Origin: a bacterium
GTDB lineage: Bacteria > Patescibacteriota > Minisyncoccia > JAUYLV01
Assembly (NCBI GenBank): GCA_030649025.1
Contig: JAUSGO010000028.1
Span: 1,074-65,073 of the forward strand
Direction of reading: 5' to 3'
Length of the DNA stretch: 64,000 bases
The stretch's first letter is position 1; the number at the start of each line of letters is the position of its first letter. Shown piece after piece: positions 19,602 to 28,891 of the stretch. The position numbers and the translations under genes were made by a program. The notes under the pieces were generated by a model. The model did not search any database. It was not told the origin of the DNA and saw only the letters and a list, made by a program, of their open reading frames with translations.

Positions 19602-19824
19602 AATTTGATCGCAACTTGTCGAAATAGCCTTATTCTACTTCGGTTCAAAGTTGTCAATCTGGCGGGGACAATGTCTGGAAGTTTGAACCAAAAACATGGC
19701 TCAAATTCAAGGATCTTGATAAAATCATACGCGAACTGCGGGCGATGTTCAAGCAACACCCTCAGTGGTTTGAGGTGCCTAAGCAAAAATCTGACAAAGG
19801 TAAGAATGTGGTTGAATACTCTAT

Positions 19825-21165
19825 TTAGTTAAAGCTCGGATCTTTCTTGAATGCCTTTTGGAGTATGAGTAGTGAGAACAGAACAACGGGCAAAGAGAGA
19901 ATTGCATTTTGAGGGTTGAGTTGATTTGCAAAGAACAAAACAACAATACTCAAAAATCCTAAAACCAAACTCCAAAATACTGCGCGTTGTTTCAGTTTCC
20001 AATAGAGTGATCCAAAAACTACTGGAAATAATGCAAGGTTCAAACTTGCGAGAGAAAAACCAAGAGCTAAAATGTTTTGGTAGAAAATAGCGACGAGAGC
20101 ACCAAGAAGAATGAAAACCACCATGAAAAAGCGAGTAAGCTTTTTCATGGATTCATCGGTATATTTTGCGGAGTAGTTTTTGAGGTCGCGTGTAAAAATG
20201 GAAGAGACAACGAAAGTAACAGTATCCGAAGATGAAAGAGCAACCGCGTAAAGCAAAACCATACCAAACTCCTTTAGTCCGAAAGGAAGCAAATGCGAGA
20301 AACCCGCAACTAAAGCGTCTTCGGGGACAATGTTCGGGAAAAATTGTTTTGTAGCAAGGCCCACAATACTAATTACAACCCCAAGAACTAAAAGTATAAT
20401 AACAGAATAATTTAATCCTCGTTTCAAATTCCTTTCGTCTTTAGTTGCAAAAATTCTTTGCCACAGATCTGGAGCAACCATAATTCCAAAGCCTGCAAGA
20501 ATAAGAAAGCCGATGATGTTGCCAGCTCCAAGTGTTCCGAGATAAAATTCCGAAATTGGAATATGAGTTTTCCCAAGAAAGAAAATCCCAACTGTTAAAG
20601 TCATTATGAACATGATTATCAATTGGAAAAAGTCTGTACGAATTACCGCTTTGAAACCAGCAAGTAAAAGATATGTCAAAACTATCAGTCCACCAATTAC
20701 AACAGCGAGAAAATATGGTATTGGAAAAATGGCCGCTAAAACTTTTCCACTAATTATCAAATTTACCACGAGCAATAAGAAAAACTGAAGTACCAAAAAA
20801 AACGAAAACATAAGGCCATTTTTCTTCCCTAAAATTCTGAAAAAATATTCAGGCATTGAATACACTTTCAGTTCGTCGGCTTTTTGTTTGATTCTTCCAG
20901 CATATTTTTTCAGTAGTAAAAATCCCAAAGCTAAGCCAACAAAAAGCCAAATGGCAGAAAAACCATATTGGTAAATATATGCCAGATAAATTGCCAAAAC
21001 TGAGCCGTCAAAAAAACCTGCGCTCATTGTTGCGGCGACTTGAACGCCTTGAACCTTGCGCTCGGCAATCATAAAATCGTCCTCACTTTCTTTTTTTGAA
21101 GAAACGATACCTATAATCACAACGATTGCTATGTATATAAGAAAAAATATGATCGATAGTGCCAT
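19825..21165 (-). CDS. sodium:solute symporter family (SSS) transporter
   Basis: About 12 TM segments; N-terminal ...AERKVQGVQVAATMSAGFFDGSVLAIYLAYIYQYG... resembles SSF signature; AT-rich. Confidence 0.7.
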   Translation of the reverse strand: MALSIIFFLIYIAIVVIIGIVSSKKESEDDFMIAERKVQGVQVAATMSAGFFDGSVLAIYLAYIYQYGFSAIWLFVGLALGFLLLKKYAGRIKQKADELKVYSMPEYFFRILGKKNGLMFSFFLVLQFFLLLVVNLIISGKVLAAIFPIPYFLAVVIGGLIVLTYLLLAGFKAVIRTDFFQLIIMFIMTLTVGIFFLGKTHIPISEFYLGTLGAGNIIGFLILAGFGIMVAPDLWQRIFATKDERNLKRGLNYSVIILLVLGVVISIVGLATKQFFPNIVPEDALVAGFSHLLPFGLKEFGMVLLYAVALSSSDTVTFVVSSIFTRDLKNYSAKYTDESMKKLTRFFMVVFILLGALVAIFYQNILALGFSLASLNLALFPVVFGSLYWKLKQRAVFWSLVLGFLSIVVLFFANQLNPQNAILSLPVVLFSLLILQKAFKKDPSFN

Positions 21166-21220
21166 AAGTATATTTTAGCTCAAAAAACCCTTATTTTTCT
21201 TGGGTTCTAACTCGGACTTC

Positions 21221-21330
21221 TGGCGGAGGAGGGAGGATTCGAACCTCTTGTTCCTGGGTAGCCAATTATTTTCGAGAAACAAGGAAGCTACCCGCAATAT
21301 GCTTCACTGAAGCATATTGCCCCCTTGCGA
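21221..21330 (-). other. orphan tRNA 3' portion (T-arm GAGG-TTCGAAT-CCTCC, acceptor 3' strand, encoded CCA) fused to structured element copy A; tRNA-Ser-like paralog remnant
   Basis: Reverse complement reads ...GGGTAGC[24-nt loop]GCTACCCAGGAACAAGAGGTTCGAATCCTCCCTCCTCCGCCA; no complementary 5' acceptor strand (GGAGGAG) within 150 nt; the 7-bp stem GGGTAGC/GCTACCC echoes the variable-arm stem AGGGTA/TACCCT of the neighbouring tRNA-Ser. Confidence 0.5.
21253..21330 (-). repeat. tRNA-associated two-hairpin structured element, copy A
   Basis: 12-bp perfect hairpin GCAATATGCTTC-AGT-GAAGCATATTGC plus 7-bp stem GGGTAGC/GCTACCC closing 24-nt loop containing GTTTCTCGAAAATAA; ends CCAGG. Confidence 0.6.
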
Positions 21331-21398
21331 GGACTCTGGTTTTTTCCCGATTTGTCCAAATTTGAAAAAATTTGGCAACAAATCGCAATCCCGTCTCA

Positions 21399-21489
21399 TG
21401 GCGGAGGGGGTGGGATTCGAACCCACGAGGGTATTGCTACCCTGACGGTTTTCAAGACCGTTGCCTTCGACCACTCAGCCACCCCTCCG
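21399..21489 (-). tRNA. tRNA-Ser(UGA), type II with long variable arm, CCA encoded
   Basis: GGAGGGG-TG-GCT-GAGTGGTCGAA-GGC-A-ACGGT-CTTGAAA-ACCGT-[CAGGGTAGCAATACCCTC]-GTGGG-TTCGAAT-CCCAC-CCCCTCC-G-CCA. Confidence 0.85.
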
Positions 21490-21520
21490 CCATAGTACGG
21501 GACAAGACTGACTCGCTCTT

Positions 21521-21600
21521 CCTGGGCAGCCAATCATCTTTAAGAAACAAGGAAACTTGCCCGCAAAATCTGAAGACATTCAGATTTTGCCCACTCCTCC
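21521..21600 (-). repeat. tRNA-associated two-hairpin structured element, copy A' (immediately 5' of tRNA-Ser)
   Basis: 12-bp hairpin GCAAAATCTGAA-TGTC-TTCAGATTTTGC (different sequence, perfect pairing = covariation vs copy A) plus stem GGGCA/TGCCC closing loop with GTTTCTTAAAGATGATT. Confidence 0.6.
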
Positions 21601-21808
21601 CAATGAAATATAAAGAAAGCCGAACTTGTTTTATTCTACTACTACTCGGCCATTAAAAAAAGAGTTTCCGGAACCCGCAGTCCATGTTGAGTAATTTGCT
21701 CATAATCGCATATAAGGGGCTTTGTGAGGCAATCTCATAAGACAAAGGATGTTAAGTCATAAAAAAACTCGCGGAGTGTTTCCGCGAGAAAATCCCTCTA
21801 AGCATTAT

Positions 21809-22390
21809 CTAGCCCGCTACCCAGATAAGGCCATTGATTTTCCATTGCTTGCCGACTTTTTTGAATATAAAGAAAATCGGCTCTCTAGACACGTGCCCCA
21901 AGAGTGCCATGGCAGCGTAGACGGCAGCCCCCTGATCATCCTCAGAAAGATGTATCCGGACTTCTTTAGCGGCATCTGCGAGCATCTTGGGTTGTATGCG
22001 CTCCACGATGTTTTTCGGATCCGTGGGCAGTTGAGCGTACTCTGCCGATCGAGGATCGCCGTGTCCAAGTGCATTTACCTCTCCGTGATCTTTGAAGAGC
22101 CACATGACAAGCGTTTTCCGTAGCCATTCATCGGTGTTCAGCGCTTCGCTGTCCGTGAGTTCAAACATCCTTCTTGTGCCGGATATAAACGACTCGTCTT
22201 GTTCAAAAAACCCGATGGCTTTATCGATATCCTGTTCAATGAGCCAGACGTGCAAAAATCCATTGAAAGCCTCGGCTACCTCTCGCTGTTCTTTGGCCGA
22301 CTTATCCCCGGCGGGGCTTGCGGCCGCCTGCCCAAATGGGCCCGCCGCAAAAAATAGAGCCGCTACTGCAAAAACCACAAATTGCTTCAT
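21809..22390 (-). CDS. hypothetical secreted protein
   Basis: Signal peptide MKQFVVFAVAALFFAAGPFGQAAA; no motif. Confidence 0.5.
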   Translation of the reverse strand: MKQFVVFAVAALFFAAGPFGQAAASPAGDKSAKEQREVAEAFNGFLHVWLIEQDIDKAIGFFEQDESFISGTRRMFELTDSEALNTDEWLRKTLVMWLFKDHGEVNALGHGDPRSAEYAQLPTDPKNIVERIQPKMLADAAKEVRIHLSEDDQGAAVYAAMALLGHVSREPIFFIFKKVGKQWKINGLIWVAG

Positions 22391-22482
22391 GCTTCTTCCT
22401 CCCTGTCAAAAAACATTATCTTTGTGCCATTCTAGTCAAAATTGCTATTGTCGTCAAGAGCCGAATATCTTATTGTGTAAGC

Positions 22483-23553
22483 ATGGGAGGCAAGGTTTTT
22501 TTCGGAATAGCCATTCTTATTGCGCTCATCTGCGGGGCTTCTTTCTTCGTGTTCTGGCAGACGTCTATTCCCGGCAGTTCGGGCGGCAATACCCAAAAAA
22601 GCATCACCACAACAGATGACGAGAAGACGGCTTCGAAAACCCAGGAACGCGTTAAGCTTTTTCCGCTTTTGCGTGCCGCGCTTATCGACCCCGTAACAAA
22701 AGGTTTGCCACCGAGAATCGCGGGAGAAGCCGGCCATCTGAATACACCCTTCAACCTGCTTATCGCTGGCGTTCCGGGAAAAGGAAATCCCGCACCGAAT
22801 CTTACCGACACTATCATGGTTATTCACATAGACCCCGGGCAAAAGATGGTATATTTATTTTCGCTTCCGCGCGATCTTCTCGTGCGGGCTCCGGATGCGT
22901 CATACTATACGCGGCTCAACGGGCTCTATGAGCGGGGCGGCATCACCTCGCTTTATCTGAAAGCAGAAGATGTTACGGGTCTTGAGATAAGCCGGTATAT
23001 TATTGTTGACCTGGAGGCTGTGAGCGAAATTGTTGATGCGCTCGGCGGAGTTAACGTGTATGTGGAGAAGGATATTTATGACCCGCGTTTCCCGGGCAAC
23101 GGGTTTTCCTACGAAACTTTTTCACTTAAAGCCGGGTGGCGATTTCTGGACGGCATTGCCTCAACCCGCTATATTCGCACCCGGAACGATATGGATGACG
23201 ATTTCGGAAGAATGCGCCGCCAACAGCTTTTTGGCGAGGCCCTGAAACAGAAGATCTCGGGACTATCGTTCGTGTGGGATATGCCAACATTCCTCAAGGT
23301 CTTAGATTCGGTCAGCACTCACGTAAAAACCAATTTGAACGCCGACGAACTTTTGTGGCTGTTCGATTTTGGGAAAAAGCTCCCGCAGGACAAGATCGTC
23401 ATCGCCCCGCTTGATGCCGATGCCAAGAAAAATCTTTTTACCACCGGAGATTTTTGGTTCGGAGAAGCTCGCGCGTCCATTGTGGAACCCCTTGAAGGGA
23501 TTGAACAGTACGAGGCTATTAGGGAATACGTGCAACGAGTGTTACCATACTGA
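22483..23553 (+). CDS. LytR-CpsA-Psr (LCP) family cell-envelope polymer transferase
   Basis: TM anchor then LIAGVPGKG...TDTIMVIHIDP...LFSLPRDLLV...TRLNGLY, RYI(I)VDLEAV..ALGGVNVYV, R..MDDDFGRM.RQQ motifs; start chosen at ATG 22483. Confidence 0.75.
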   Translation: MGGKVFFGIAILIALICGASFFVFWQTSIPGSSGGNTQKSITTTDDEKTASKTQERVKLFPLLRAALIDPVTKGLPPRIAGEAGHLNTPFNLLIAGVPGKGNPAPNLTDTIMVIHIDPGQKMVYLFSLPRDLLVRAPDASYYTRLNGLYERGGITSLYLKAEDVTGLEISRYIIVDLEAVSEIVDALGGVNVYVEKDIYDPRFPGNGFSYETFSLKAGWRFLDGIASTRYIRTRNDMDDDFGRMRRQQLFGEALKQKISGLSFVWDMPTFLKVLDSVSTHVKTNLNADELLWLFDFGKKLPQDKIVIAPLDADAKKNLFTTGDFWFGEARASIVEPLEGIEQYEAIREYVQRVLPY

Positions 23554-23556
23554 CAC

Positions 23557-24141
23557 ATGACGCAGAATGAAAAACACCATCTTCTTATAGTCGGCCTGGG
23601 AAATCCCGACAAAGCATATGAAGAAACGCCACATAACTTGGGACGCTTTTGTGTTTCGCGGTATGCGGAGGCTTTGGGATTCTCCGATTTTACGGCGGAG
23701 AAAAAATTTAACGCGCTTGTATCCAGCGGCCTTTTGCACGAACAGCGGATCATGGCCCAGCTTCCCGAGACATTCATGAACAACTCGGGCCAAGCTGTAT
23801 TGGCGATATCGCATTTTTACAATATTTCCCCTACGCATATATGGATCGTGCACGACGACATCGACCTGCCTCTTGGAAGCGTGCGTGTCGCATTCGGCGG
23901 AGGATCCGCCGGGCATCATGGCGTGGAATCGATTTCCCAAAAGCTCGGTGAAGCGCATTTCTGGAGATTTCGCATTGGCATCGCTCCGGAAAAAGCTCTG
24001 GAGATACCCCTCGATGCGTATGTGCTTAAGAAGGGCGTCATCGACGCCAAAGCAACGGAAAATATTATTTCAAGAACGGCTTATTTGCTCACGCTTGCTC
24101 TTGAAAAAGGAATAGAAGAAGCGCAAAAACAATCGGATTGA
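23557..24141 (+). CDS. pth: peptidyl-tRNA hydrolase
   Basis: LIVGLGNP...Y..T.HN.G motif, HNGV-like HHGVESI segment; about 190 aa. Confidence 0.85.
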   Translation: MTQNEKHHLLIVGLGNPDKAYEETPHNLGRFCVSRYAEALGFSDFTAEKKFNALVSSGLLHEQRIMAQLPETFMNNSGQAVLAISHFYNISPTHIWIVHDDIDLPLGSVRVAFGGGSAGHHGVESISQKLGEAHFWRFRIGIAPEKALEIPLDAYVLKKGVIDAKATENIISRTAYLLTLALEKGIEEAQKQSD

Positions 24142-24231
24142 TGCAAAACAGATGGCTTGACATAGCGTTTTTTATTTGGTAACATTTCCTTAAGACATAC
24201 GACACGCCGCCCGTTACCTTCGGGCGAGATT

Positions 24232-26343
24232 GTGTTATTCCTGATCAGAATGAGCGTGGAGAAGAAAAATAAGACAAAAACCGAAAAATCTCTTTTCATT
24301 ATTGGATTGCGGCCGCTCGGACACCGAGTTGGAGATCTTTCATTGGAGGAAGCCCGGGGAATGCCTCGGAAAGATTCTGTTGCTAAAATTGCCGCATCCG
24401 AAAAGATAACCGTAAACTGGCTTCGTGAACACGAAGGAGACGTTGTGCGGGCCGTGAACGCCAATCCTTTTTGGCACAAGAATCTCTGTGCCGTAGAAAC
24501 CGGCCAGGTTCTTAATTTGTCCGATTTTTTGCGCACATTGGAAAGCCTTGCATATGAAAAAGCGCAAACCATCGCGCGACCGGGCGAATACGCCCACCGG
24601 GGAGGGAACGTGGAACTCTGGCCCATAAACCGCGGCTCTCGCTATCACATAGAGTTCTATGGAAACAGCATTGAATCCATAGAATCATTGAGTGAAAAAC
24701 GATATCGGGACAAGGAGCACATGCAGCTTTTTTCTCGGCGCTTCGGTAGCGAACTCATTGATGCGCTGCGCCCCGGTGACTTCGTGGTCCATTTTGATCA
24801 TGGCATAGGAGTATTTCTTGAGAAAAAGGAGATTGCCGGACGCGAAACGGGACGCGCCCAGACCTATTATGTCTTAGAGTACGCAAAGGGCGATCGCCTC
24901 ATGGTCCCGGAGAGCAAGAAAGAGAAGCTCTCGCTTTATGTGGGTCTTAAAACTCCCGAGGTGCACAGGCTCGGAAGCAGCGCCTGGTCAAAAACGCGGC
25001 GAATGGTAAGGGCAAGCGCTCTGATATTCGCCAAGGAATTGCTGCAGCTTTACGCTCACCGGGAACTGGAAAAAGGCTATGCGTTCGGGCCGGACGACGC
25101 CCACCAAAAAGAATTTGAAGAATCCTGTTCTTTCGAAGAAACCCTGGACCAGCGCGTCGCAACAGACCAAATAAAAGCCGACATGGAGGGCGGCCGGCCC
25201 ATGGAGCGCCTGCTTGCCGGGGATGTCGGTTTTGGGAAGACCGAGGTTGCCATGCGCGCCGCTTTCAAGGCGGTAATGGCAGGAAAGCAGGTTGCCCTGC
25301 TTGCTCCGACCACCGTGCTTGCCTACCAACATTTCCGGACATTCAGCGACCGCATGAAGTCGTACCCCGTGCGCATCGCATTGCTCTCGCGTTTAAAACT
25401 CTATGAAACGGCACGCGAGACGGAGGGGGAGGTTTTGCAACATATTAAAAACGGGAGTATCGATATCATCATTGGCACGCACCGTCTTCTGTCCAAAGAC
25501 GTGCGTTTTAAGGATCTGGGACTGCTCATCATCGACGAAGAGCAAAAATTCGGGGTCAAGCAAAAAGAAAAACTCAAGACGCTCAAGACGAACCTCGACG
25601 TACTGCTTATTTCGGCAACCCCCATTCCGCGAACGCTCAATTTGGCCTTGGCCGGACTGCGGGAAATGTCTATTATTTCAACGCCTCCCCCCGGCCGCAT
25701 GCCGATCCAAACACTCGTTCTTCCGGACAGCGACGAGATGATTCGCAAGGCACTCTTGGACGAACTGCATCGGGACGGACAAGTATATGTGCTATGGAAT
25801 CGGGTGGAAACAATGGCGCTTGCGAGAAAGAAGATCGTCGAGCTTGCTCCACGAAATGCAAAAATCGAAGTGGCACACGGGAAGATGGGCGAGATCGCGC
25901 TTATTGAGATCATGGAAAAATTCCGCGACCGCAAAATAGATATTCTGGTGGCAACGACCATTATTGAAAACGGCCTTGATTTTGAAAACGTCAATACGCT
26001 TGTGGTGATGAATGCCACGCGCCTGGGCCTTGCGCAAACCTACCAATTGCGCGGCCGCATTGGGAGAGGAGACAGACAGGCCTACGCGTATTTTTTCTAT
26101 CCTTCCTCAAACTCGGGAAAGGCCGAGCTTTCCGAAAATGCGAAAATGCGCCTAGAGGCGCTTGAGGAATTCGCGGAACTTGGCAGCGGCTATCGCGTGG
26201 CCTTACGGGACCTGGAAATACGCGGCGCAGGCAACATGCTTGGCAGGGAGCAATCAGGAAACATCTACCGCGTCGGATTGAATCTGTATCTTTCCATGCT
26301 TGCTGAAGCCGTAGAAGAACTTCGAGGAAAAGAAAAAAAATAA
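24232..26343 (+). CDS. mfd: transcription-repair coupling factor Mfd-like helicase, N-terminally truncated form (no UvrB-homology domains)
   Basis: CarD/TRCF RNAP-interacting segment (HFDHGIGVF...LEYAKGDRLMVP), DEAD/SF2 motif I LLAGDVGFGKTEVAMRA, DEEQ, helicase C and TRCF C-terminal region; only 703 aa. Confidence 0.75.
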   Translation: MLFLIRMSVEKKNKTKTEKSLFIIGLRPLGHRVGDLSLEEARGMPRKDSVAKIAASEKITVNWLREHEGDVVRAVNANPFWHKNLCAVETGQVLNLSDFLRTLESLAYEKAQTIARPGEYAHRGGNVELWPINRGSRYHIEFYGNSIESIESLSEKRYRDKEHMQLFSRRFGSELIDALRPGDFVVHFDHGIGVFLEKKEIAGRETGRAQTYYVLEYAKGDRLMVPESKKEKLSLYVGLKTPEVHRLGSSAWSKTRRMVRASALIFAKELLQLYAHRELEKGYAFGPDDAHQKEFEESCSFEETLDQRVATDQIKADMEGGRPMERLLAGDVGFGKTEVAMRAAFKAVMAGKQVALLAPTTVLAYQHFRTFSDRMKSYPVRIALLSRLKLYETARETEGEVLQHIKNGSIDIIIGTHRLLSKDVRFKDLGLLIIDEEQKFGVKQKEKLKTLKTNLDVLLISATPIPRTLNLALAGLREMSIISTPPPGRMPIQTLVLPDSDEMIRKALLDELHRDGQVYVLWNRVETMALARKKIVELAPRNAKIEVAHGKMGEIALIEIMEKFRDRKIDILVATTIIENGLDFENVNTLVVMNATRLGLAQTYQLRGRIGRGDRQAYAYFFYPSSNSGKAELSENAKMRLEALEEFAELGSGYRVALRDLEIRGAGNMLGREQSGNIYRVGLNLYLSMLAEAVEELRGKEKK

Positions 26344-26407
26344 ACGAGAAAGAAAAAAGCCGGGAAGTATTTCCGGCAGTTTTTGCATGAAGGCAAAAGA
26401 AGCAACC

Positions 26408-27055
26408 TCACTTTGGGGGTGCGAGAGGCTTCTCGATACCCGTCTCGAATGACTTGTTGACCGTGGCAGTGCTAATCGGCTCAGCCATTTTTTCCAAGGC
26501 GTCCACCGCGTAGTAGTCCGTGCTGCCGACGCGGAAATGAAGATCGCGGCTTGGGTAGATGCCGCTTAAGATCCACGCCCGGACGATCCCCTCTTTGCGC
26601 CAGTAGTTGTATGCCTGTGCTTTTTCAATGCGCAGATTCTGCTTGTTCCGAATCGCTTCACGGCCGGCGCTGATAGTCGGCAAGATCTTATCGTAAATAT
26701 TGAGCGGAGTTGTATCGGGATACGCTTCGGACACGGCCTGCAGAAGCGCCGTCCCCTGGTTCGGGTTGTCGCCGTACCGCCCCTCGATGGCGTTCCGAAT
26801 AATGGCATCCATCTTCTCCGACTTCAGATTGCCAAGACCGGTTTGTTCGTAGAATGTCAGTTCATACGTCGCGCGTTCCGAAACCTCTACGCGAACGATC
26901 TTGTTCAGGTCTGTCTCCCACGCAAGCGCGGCGTTTCGAACGCTCACGGCATAGCTGTATAAGCTTATGGCCGCAACGCCCACCGTAAAAGCAATCGCCA
27001 GGATCAGAAACAAACCCTTCACCACCCCGGCTTCCGAATGAAATCTGTTCTTCAT
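26408..27055 (-). CDS. hypothetical membrane-anchored protein, weak LemA-like
   Basis: N-terminal TM then YSYAVSVRNAALAWETDL resembling LemA N..L..N....AW pattern; weak. Confidence 0.35.
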   Translation of the reverse strand: MKNRFHSEAGVVKGLFLILAIAFTVGVAAISLYSYAVSVRNAALAWETDLNKIVRVEVSERATYELTFYEQTGLGNLKSEKMDAIIRNAIEGRYGDNPNQGTALLQAVSEAYPDTTPLNIYDKILPTISAGREAIRNKQNLRIEKAQAYNYWRKEGIVRAWILSGIYPSRDLHFRVGSTDYYAVDALEKMAEPISTATVNKSFETGIEKPLAPPK

Positions 27056-27122
27056 GAATTTTCCCCCTTCTTTTTTTGTTGATTGGTTGAGTTTCCTGGC
27101 GGATCTATCTTCGCCGCCAGCG

Positions 27123-28523
27123 TTACGTCCTCTCGGACGGATCATGGTGCGTAGCCGCCCACAGCCAGGCCCCGCAGCATATAAATAGTGTAAAGATGAA
27201 AATTGTCCACATCTGGCCGGTACTTGGCCGGATTTCGTTCTTCAAGTAAAGAAACCCACCCTGTCCGTCGTCACCCGACATGCTTACCCGCTTGAACTTC
27301 GTTGCCGGATTATCCGCTCCCCAAAGCACGCGCTGGATTGGGCCATATGCGCCGTCGGGTGGATAGTGAATGCCCTTGGCGTCTTTGCGGCTTGCTGGCG
27401 GACCTAAAAGCGTCGCGGCAGTAAGCGGCAGACCTTTAAGGCCATCACGCATCATCACAATAAACTTCTCATTTCCCAGCGGCATCCCGGTAAACGCCCT
27501 GCTCCAGGATACCGTCGCGCCATCAGCGGTGCCGACAAGAACGACAATGCCGTTTTTGGACAATGCGTCACTGCCATAAATACTTTTGTCCTGCCAGTGG
27601 GCTTTGAGCGCGAACACGTAGCGATCCGGATTTCTGGAGACCGCCTCGTCTTTAACGACAACCAGGTGCAGGTCTCCTTGCATTTGACTTCCGAGGTTCG
27701 CGTTCAGATATTCCAGCGCTTCCTGCCACGCGCGGCCGTCTTGCGGAAGCCAGCCAACGAAATAAACTTTGTCGGCGCGATAGAACGACTGAACGGTTCT
27801 GAACAGCATCGGTAAAAGCTTGCGCGACTGATAATCAAGGATATCGCCGGAAGATTCTTTCATCAGCGTATGCTCCGATGCCAAGATGTAGTTGACGTAG
27901 CTTCTCCGCGCAGTGACCGGACCGGGTCTATTTGCTTCGCAGCGGGCGCGCACCGCAACCCAGAACGGGGGCTCTCCCGTTCCGGCGCTCGAAATAACGT
28001 TCTGGGGAATAGGGGTTCCTGCGCGCCATTGGTGCGCTTGCGGGTTTTCTGGAAAAACATTCGTCGCAATAGTATAGCGCCCCAGCGTCGTATCCGCGTA
28101 AAAGTTATATTCGCGGTCCACATAGGGGCAGGAATGATAGCGGGTTTCCGGGCGGTAACAGGTGCTGCATGACGTATATCCGTTTTTGTCTGTCGTGCAC
28201 ATGCAATCATATGCCACCATCACGATATACGGATCGCAGTCGTACTCGTACCGGCATGGGCCGTCGCGAGTGCACTCTACATACTCCTTGACCGCGGCAA
28301 CTTCCCAGCCGTTCCAGTACTCCATAAACTTCAACTTGCTGTCTCTGGCCATCGTCCATCCCACCCAAGCAACCAATACGGCGGCTATGGGCGAGACAGC
28401 CATGCCGATGGCGTATTCGCGCCACGTAATGCGTGCCTCACGGTTTTGAGCTTCCAAAATCCATTTGATAAGAAGGCCCGCCAAGGCGGTAATCATGATC
28501 GTTGCCAAAATCAATGTCACCAT
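27123..28523 (-). CDS. hypothetical membrane protein with Cys-rich extracytoplasmic domain (TM at both ends)
   Basis: 466-aa ORF; N- and C-terminal hydrophobic helices; 12+ Cys clustered in first 150 aa (CTRDGPCRYEYDCDPY...CMCTTDKNGYTSCSTCY). Confidence 0.5.
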   Translation of the reverse strand: MVTLILATIMITALAGLLIKWILEAQNREARITWREYAIGMAVSPIAAVLVAWVGWTMARDSKLKFMEYWNGWEVAAVKEYVECTRDGPCRYEYDCDPYIVMVAYDCMCTTDKNGYTSCSTCYRPETRYHSCPYVDREYNFYADTTLGRYTIATNVFPENPQAHQWRAGTPIPQNVISSAGTGEPPFWVAVRARCEANRPGPVTARRSYVNYILASEHTLMKESSGDILDYQSRKLLPMLFRTVQSFYRADKVYFVGWLPQDGRAWQEALEYLNANLGSQMQGDLHLVVVKDEAVSRNPDRYVFALKAHWQDKSIYGSDALSKNGIVVLVGTADGATVSWSRAFTGMPLGNEKFIVMMRDGLKGLPLTAATLLGPPASRKDAKGIHYPPDGAYGPIQRVLWGADNPATKFKRVSMSGDDGQGGFLYLKNEIRPSTGQMWTIFIFTLFICCGAWLWAATHHDPSERT

Positions 28524-28891
28524 CTTTATGTGCTCCTTTTGGGGTTTTCAAAGAAACTTGCCACAGAAAGGTAAATGTAGCACAAACGAAAATCTATGTC
28601 AAACACAATATGCCACACATTTCTAAAATTTCAACCTCGAAAAAAAATATTTTCTTGGCATATATAGGCCAATATTTGGATTCTGAGGGACAAGATTTTT
28701 CAAAACCCTCCCACTGAAAAAACAAAGCGATATACCACACTAATCCCTTAAAAATAAAGGTCATTAAATCCTTTGTTTCCTGTATTCGCTCGGAAATGCA
28801 AAAGCAAACTTTTGTATTTCACTCGACCCGCTTGGAAAGAAGCTTATAGTGCGGGATACTGGATGTATATCCTTAGGCTTCAAGGAGATAT

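Noticed and set aside
21590-21606. GGGAGGAG at the distal end of element A' as the missing 5' acceptor strand of the orphan tRNA 3' segment at 21221 (split or permuted tRNA spanning tRNA-Ser)
   Set aside because: The perfect 7-nt complementarity to CTCCTCC is intriguing, but it would require a 385-nt RNA with a complete tRNA-Ser nested inside. The Gly and Leu loci show the same element family without such a partner, so I treat it as chance complementarity of G-rich stems.
21372-21656. 94-aa + strand ORF
   Set aside because: It lies over the tRNA-Ser gene and a structured element, so it is not coding.
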